Shown here: piece after piece, positions 59,541 to 64,000 of the stretch
How positions within the stretch are numbered: position 1 is the stretch's first letter
Layout: each line of letters begins with the position of its first letter
NCBI GenBank assembly: GCA_029379215.1
Contig: JAQYWO010000014.1
Span: forward strand, 416-64,415
Length of the DNA stretch: 64,000 bases
Direction: 5' to 3'
Origin: Rhizonema sp. PD37
GTDB taxonomy: Bacteria; Cyanobacteriota; Cyanobacteriia; Cyanobacteriales; Nostocaceae
Made by a program: the position numbers and the translations under genes
The notes under the pieces: model-generated
The model's input: the letters and a program-made list of their open reading frames with translations, nothing else
Database searches by the model: none
What the model was told of the DNA's origin: nothing

Positions 59541-59617
59541 TCGTGGATGCTTCACAAGCATCAGCCCTCGTGTGTTAAAATTTATGACTAAGATATTTAG
59601 TTCTTTTAGTTCTACCT

Positions 59618-60034
59618 GTGTCTGCAAAAGATATTTTTCATGAATCAGTTAAAAAAGCTTTGCAAAAAGAACAATGGATAATTACGAGTGATCCATTAAA
59701 GTTTAAATTTGGGGAGGTCAACTTCCAAATTGATTTAGGAACAGAGAAATTCATTGCAGCAGAAAAAGAAAACAAAAAAATAGCAATTGAAATTAAAAGC
59801 TTTTTAAACGCCTCTGCAATTACAGATTTTTATTTAGCTTTGGGACAATTCCTTAGTTACCGTTTAGCATTAGCAGGATATGAACCCCTGCGAGTATTAT
59901 ACTTAGCAGTTCCATTGGATACATACAAAACATTTTTTCAACTTGAATTTACTAAAAATGCGATCAAACAGTATCAGGTGCTGTTAATTGTTTACGATCC
60001 AGAAAATGAGGTGATTGTACAGTGGATAAATTAG
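59618..60034 (+). CDS. xisH: XisH-family protein
   Basis: MSAKDIFH..VK.AL.KE.W.IT.DP...... pattern, 138 aa. Overlaps the downstream xisI-type gene. Confidence 0.85.
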   Translation: MSAKDIFHESVKKALQKEQWIITSDPLKFKFGEVNFQIDLGTEKFIAAEKENKKIAIEIKSFLNASAITDFYLALGQFLSYRLALAGYEPLRVLYLAVPLDTYKTFFQLEFTKNAIKQYQVLLIVYDPENEVIVQWIN

Positions 60035-60357
60035 CAAAATATCAAGAGTACGTTAAAATACTGTTGACGAACCATGCCAGTGATGATATTTCAGACAACG
60101 ATGTCGAAGTCCAACTCGTTTTAGACACGGAACGTAATCATTATCAATGGATGAATGTGGGTTGGCAAGGATTGAATCGTATTTATCGATGCGTGATGCA
60201 TTTTGATATTAAAGATGACAAAATATGGCTTCAACAGAATTTAACTGATAGCAATCCGGCAGAGGAATTAGTGATGATGGGAGTACCACCCTCTGATATT
60301 GTATTGGGTTTGCAAGCTCCTTACAAGCGCCAGTATACAGATTATGGCGTAGCGTAG
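60022..60357 (+). CDS. xisI: XisI-family protein
   Basis: MDKLAKYQEYVKILL...D..RNHY......W.G..R.Y.C..H.DI.D.KIW.Q.N.T pattern, 111 aa. Confidence 0.85.
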   Translation: MDKLAKYQEYVKILLTNHASDDISDNDVEVQLVLDTERNHYQWMNVGWQGLNRIYRCVMHFDIKDDKIWLQQNLTDSNPAEELVMMGVPPSDIVLGLQAPYKRQYTDYGVA

Positions 60358-60806
60358 GATGGTTACGTTCCGGAGGGTATCTAAGAACCAAGAAGGTATT
60401 TTGGTTGTTCCAGCCGCTATTTTTAAGTCAGAGCAATTAGATTTGCTTTGTTGTGCTAAAACATGAGAACAAGAGCGTTAAAGTATATACAGACTAAGCA
60501 AGAAAAATGGTTTGAATTATAAAAAGTTATATATTCTCGTATATTACGTCAACCAATTCCTCACTTTCTGTGATTTTATTGCACTATTAAGCCGTTAATT
60601 AGGGATTTATTCTTATAGGTTCAAGATCTGAGTCTACCTACTTATTCCCTGACATTAAGGCTCTTTCTTAAGACGGGCAGTTGCTACACTTAAAGCAAAA
60701 CATTGCCCTCATGAAAGAAAATTGTTCTACCACCGTCCGTGCGTCATTAGTCATTGGTCATTAATAAAAACAAATGACCAATGATATTCATAGAGTTTTG
60801 TAAAAT

Positions 60807-61970
60807 TTAATTGACAATACCCAAAATTTTGAATAAGGCTTGTCGATAAATCTTGAGACCTTCTGCGTTTAGATGATCGCCATCACTCGTCAAGTTGTCT
60901 TTGAGAACGTGATTCTCATATAAAGGTTGTACACCTTCAGATTCAACTGGAACCTTTTCGGTGGCAGCAACTTGATTCATGACAGCGTTGATTTCCTCAA
61001 CTTTTGCAAGTGGAGCCGATACAGTTGGATCTTGGCTTGCTGCGACTGTTGAGTAAAAAGCCGGAATGAGAAAAATCTCTTGAGCTCCCAATTTCTTAGT
61101 TAAGGCGATCGCTTCAACAAGCTTTTGGCTAAACTGTTCTTTACTCAATCCATACAAAGCGTCATTCCCACCAACGGCAATAATTGCTTTTTGGCATTTC
61201 ACATTGGCAGGAGCTAAAAGCTTCAGTTGTTCAACCAGTGAAATTGTACTAAGACCATTTAAAGCAAAGTTAAAAGTCCCATTCCCGAGGGTATTTCCCA
61301 GTTCAGCCGAAATCGAGTCTCCAAACAAGCAGCCTGAGTATTGTTTTCTAGTTGTTGCAAAGGTTTGATATTGTACTTGCTGCTGCCATAAGAGTGTAGA
61401 ACTAAGATTGTCCTGTGATTGTTTGTTTGGAGAACCAGTATACAAATTCGCGCGACTCAATATTTCTAAGGCTGCTGGCAGGTCAACGACTAGGTTATTG
61501 CTAGGATATGCTTCAAGAAAGCTAATGATTCCCAAACCTTCTTTTGACTTTGCTCCCAAAATAACAGCAGATCTCAGTGCTGGGACTCCAGCTTTGTCAC
61601 GACGTGCAAGTCCCTTAGAAGCTGCAAATAGAAGTTGTTTGGAAAGTCTTGTATCTAATAACTTATCCAAAGCCGCGATATCAAGAGGCATTTTTATTTG
61701 TAGTGCCTCTTGTAACATTTTTTGTTGTTTTGGATTTATGTAATGCAGAAAGGATTTGAGATCAGCAGAAGCTTTCCGTGTTTCCGCATATTTACGTAAA
61801 TCCGCCACAGGTAGTGATTGCTCGAACAATCCATATCTGACAATAATTTGTTCTGCTGCAGAACTAGGAGATGAATCCAGGACACTATCAATAGCTGAAA
61901 ATACGACACAACTAGATAGGCACAACAGTAGACGGGACAAATACTTAACGAAAGGTAATTGCAATGACAT
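60807..61970 (-). CDS. DUF1400-like N-terminal domain + SGNH/GDSL hydrolase domain protein
   Basis: Signal peptide. IIVRYGLFEQSLPVADLRKYAET... (DUF1400-type). LFGDSIS (GDS block), AVGGNDA, DGDHLN (catalytic D..H block). Confidence 0.65.
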   Translation of the reverse strand: MSLQLPFVKYLSRLLLCLSSCVVFSAIDSVLDSSPSSAAEQIIVRYGLFEQSLPVADLRKYAETRKASADLKSFLHYINPKQQKMLQEALQIKMPLDIAALDKLLDTRLSKQLLFAASKGLARRDKAGVPALRSAVILGAKSKEGLGIISFLEAYPSNNLVVDLPAALEILSRANLYTGSPNKQSQDNLSSTLLWQQQVQYQTFATTRKQYSGCLFGDSISAELGNTLGNGTFNFALNGLSTISLVEQLKLLAPANVKCQKAIIAVGGNDALYGLSKEQFSQKLVEAIALTKKLGAQEIFLIPAFYSTVAASQDPTVSAPLAKVEEINAVMNQVAATEKVPVESEGVQPLYENHVLKDNLTSDGDHLNAEGLKIYRQALFKILGIVN

Positions 61971-62471
61971 TGGCAGTGTTTATCTGAATCGTATATAAAT
62001 TTTACGTACTACACGTTGCAACCCTCACTCTTAAGCAAGCCAGAAACTAGATACAGCATATTTGTCAAATACTGACTTTGTCGCAGCATTGCCAGAACTC
62101 TTGAGTTGCAGATTTTTTGTGTCATATTTGATCATCTTACCAAGGTAAGCGTACAGGGAACCGTCGGGTGTTTCAAAAGCAATTTCCGAAGAATGCTGAT
62201 ATTTTTTTTTAACTTGGAGTCAATAATTATACCTACAAATTTGTCATCAAACCAATCTCAGCCGTAGCCGAAGATCAGTTCTCTTTCCAAAACTTGAATT
62301 GAGGGTGGTAGAAGTCCCCAGCTTCGGTAAACAGACGTGCAAGCTTTTCGGCTCGCCGTAAAGAAAGTGAGAATTGACTGTCTTCCTTTTCCCAACAACT
62401 CTTCGTACTGACTACAAACTCTTTGTAGTCAGTGCGTGTTACCACTACAGTGGAGAAAATTTTACTAATTT

Positions 62472-63221
62472 GTGGCTATGGCTTTTGCTTATTTCCACTT
62501 CTATGCAGAACTAAACGATTTTATCCCACCGCCTAAAAGACAGGTGAAAATAGATCATTGTTTTGCGGAGAGAACCTCGATTAAGGACATGATTGAGTCT
62601 TTGGGTGTTCCCCATCCAGAAGTCGATTGTATTGAAGTTAACGGGAAACCTGTAACTTTTTCTTACATTGTGCAGGATGGAGATACCATCAATGTTTTTC
62701 CAATTTCTGATAAGACGATGACGACGTCAACCATCTCTGTACGACCGAAACCACTTCGTGTCATCCGCTTCGTTTTAGATATTCATCTGGGTAAGCTAGT
62801 CACATCTTTACGTCTGTTGGGCTTTGATACGTTGTATCGTAACGACTACGAGGATGAAGAATTAGCCCGCATCTCCAGCACTCAAGAACGAATTCTGCTC
62901 ACTCGGGATAAGGGCTTATTGATGCGGAGTATAGTAACTTATGGATATTATGTGAGAAATACTGATCCACAGCATCAAATTGTAGAAGTGTTGCGACGCT
63001 TTGACTTATTCAAATCAGTTTCACCCTTTAAACGGTGTTTGCGCTGCAATGGATTATTAGAACCTGTAGCGAAGGAATTCATTCTTGACAAACTACCAGA
63101 AAATGTCCAATTGCATACAAATGAATTTCATCGTTGCCAAAACTGTGAGCAAATTTATTGGAAAGGCTCGCATTATGAACGATTGCAACAATTTATTGAC
63201 TTGGTAATGCGTAATGGGTAA
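62472..63221 (+). CDS. Mut7-C ubiquitin-like + Mut7-C RNase (PIN-like) domain protein with a C-terminal zinc ribbon
   Basis: FYAELNDF...; RFVLDIHLGKL...LR.LGFD...; ILLTRD..L; CLRCNG...CQNCEQIYW.GSH. Confidence 0.75.
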   Translation: MAMAFAYFHFYAELNDFIPPPKRQVKIDHCFAERTSIKDMIESLGVPHPEVDCIEVNGKPVTFSYIVQDGDTINVFPISDKTMTTSTISVRPKPLRVIRFVLDIHLGKLVTSLRLLGFDTLYRNDYEDEELARISSTQERILLTRDKGLLMRSIVTYGYYVRNTDPQHQIVEVLRRFDLFKSVSPFKRCLRCNGLLEPVAKEFILDKLPENVQLHTNEFHRCQNCEQIYWKGSHYERLQQFIDLVMRNG

Positions 63222-63257
63222 TAGAAGAGTGACAATTAGCCATTGGCATTCATAACT

Positions 63258-64000
63258 ATGACATTATTATTAGCACTCGATTTTGGCGGAACTAAGCAGG
63301 CGGCAGCGATCGCAAATGCAGGTTCTCGAGAATGGCTGGGTTATGAACGTGCATTGTCACCAAGAAATGCAAATGCTAATACTGACTTGGAAATTATGCG
63401 ATCGCTCATTCATTCGCTGTTGCAAGGAGTAAAACCTGCGGCGATCGGTGTCAGCTTTGGCGGACCAGTAGACGCAAAGACTGGAAAGGTACGACTATCC
63501 CATCATGTTCCCGGATGGGAAAATATTCCCTTACGCGATTTGTTAGCAGAAGAGTTTGGCGTTCCGACTCGTGTGGACAACGATGCTAATGTCGCTGCAT
63601 TGGGCGAACATCGCTTTGGAGCAGGTCAGGGATACGATAGCTTGTTTTACATTACTATCAGTACTGGTGTGGGGGGTGGTTGGATACTTAACGGTAAGCC
63701 TTGGCAGGGTGCGGAAGGGATGGCTGGTGAAATTGGGCATATGGTTGTAGATCCTTCAGGACCTCTGTGTTTGTGTGGGAAGCGGGGATGTGTGGAACGC
63801 TTGACATCAGGACCTTATATGGTGCAGGATGCGAGGGAGGTTTTAGAAAATGAGCCGCAGAGACTTCCTGTGAGCGGAACCTTCCAAGACAAAGAACACA
63901 AACAAAGAGGAGAAATACTCAGGGGCTTGGTAGAAGGTAATTTGGAGTTGATTACGGGGAAGGTGGTGAGTGAAGCGGCAGCGGCTGGGGATGATTTAGC
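63258..64000 (+). CDS. ROK-family sugar kinase, 3'-partial (runs off the window)
   Basis: My translation from ATG 63258: MTLLLALDFGGTK...VDNDANVAALGE...ITISTGVGGG...GEIGHM...C.CG..GC.E (ROK signature with Zn-Cys motif). Not in the ORF track because there is no stop within the window. Confidence 0.8.
   Translation, partial: MTLLLALDFGGTKQAAAIANAGSREWLGYERALSPRNANANTDLEIMRSLIHSLLQGVKPAAIGVSFGGPVDAKTGKVRLSHHVPGWENIPLRDLLAEEFGVPTRVDNDANVAALGEHRFGAGQGYDSLFYITISTGVGGGWILNGKPWQGAEGMAGEIGHMVVDPSGPLCLCGKRGCVERLTSGPYMVQDAREVLENEPQRLPVSGTFQDKEHKQRGEILRGLVEGNLELITGKVVSEAAAAGDDL

Noticed and set aside
62275-62445. Possible 56-aa minus-strand ORF (VVTRTDYKEFVVSTKSCWEKEDSQFSLSLRRAEKLARLFTEAGDFYHPQFKFWKEN)
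   Set aside because: It has only a GTG start, no convincing RBS and no recognised family. It could be a small protein or a gene fragment, and the support is insufficient.

Overview
This window looks like chromosomal DNA from a filamentous, Nostocales-type cyanobacterium. Supporting signs are frequent HIP1 octamers (GCGATCGC), an xisH/xisI pair, several Uma2 (DUF820) genes, and small dispersed palindromic repeats and MITEs. Housekeeping genes (pyrD, glmU, leuA, sat, mnmA, an isoaspartyl peptidase, a rhodanese, an MnmC-like methyltransferase) alternate with accessory DNA. Seven things stand out. (1) An intact-looking IscB RNA-guided nuclease (4698-6026, minus strand) has about 300 nt of upstream non-coding DNA that is a candidate omega-RNA, and there is no tnpA. 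(2) An rsr (Ro60/TROVE-vWA) gene is preceded by three tandem tRNA-like RNA genes whose anticodon arm is replaced by a long insert, so they are candidate Y RNAs. (3) The 3' end of mnmA occurs three times in direct orientation (about 49373, 50234 and 55499). These copies delimit two integrase-less islets. One carries a BrnT/BrnA pair. The other carries a single 1530-aa fusion of a HamA/DUF1837-like PD-(D/E)xK domain with a DEAH SF2 helicase, which looks like a one-protein Hachiman-like system. (4) A kinase/phosphatase/vWA/FHA module resembling the TerY-P triad has paired zinc ribbons on the FHA protein, the PP2C and the kinase. An accessory block of about 8 kb splits it. (5) That block contains a CHAT(caspase-like)-TIR gene followed by a TIR-TM-TPR gene. 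They lie in a segment bracketed by a 19-bp direct repeat, alongside decayed parDE, GTPase and reverse-transcriptase remnants and a DUF433/DUF5615 pair. (6) Two copies of a MITE have 25-bp TIRs and 8-bp target duplications. Another palindromic element supplies the last codons of a gene. A small dispersed repeat is inserted in frame in a Uma2 gene. (7) A Tat-signal pseudo-orthocaspase has the catalytic His/Cys replaced by Tyr/Ser. I saw no CRISPR array and no rRNA. Every family assignment comes from reading motifs in the supplied translations, and no database search was run.
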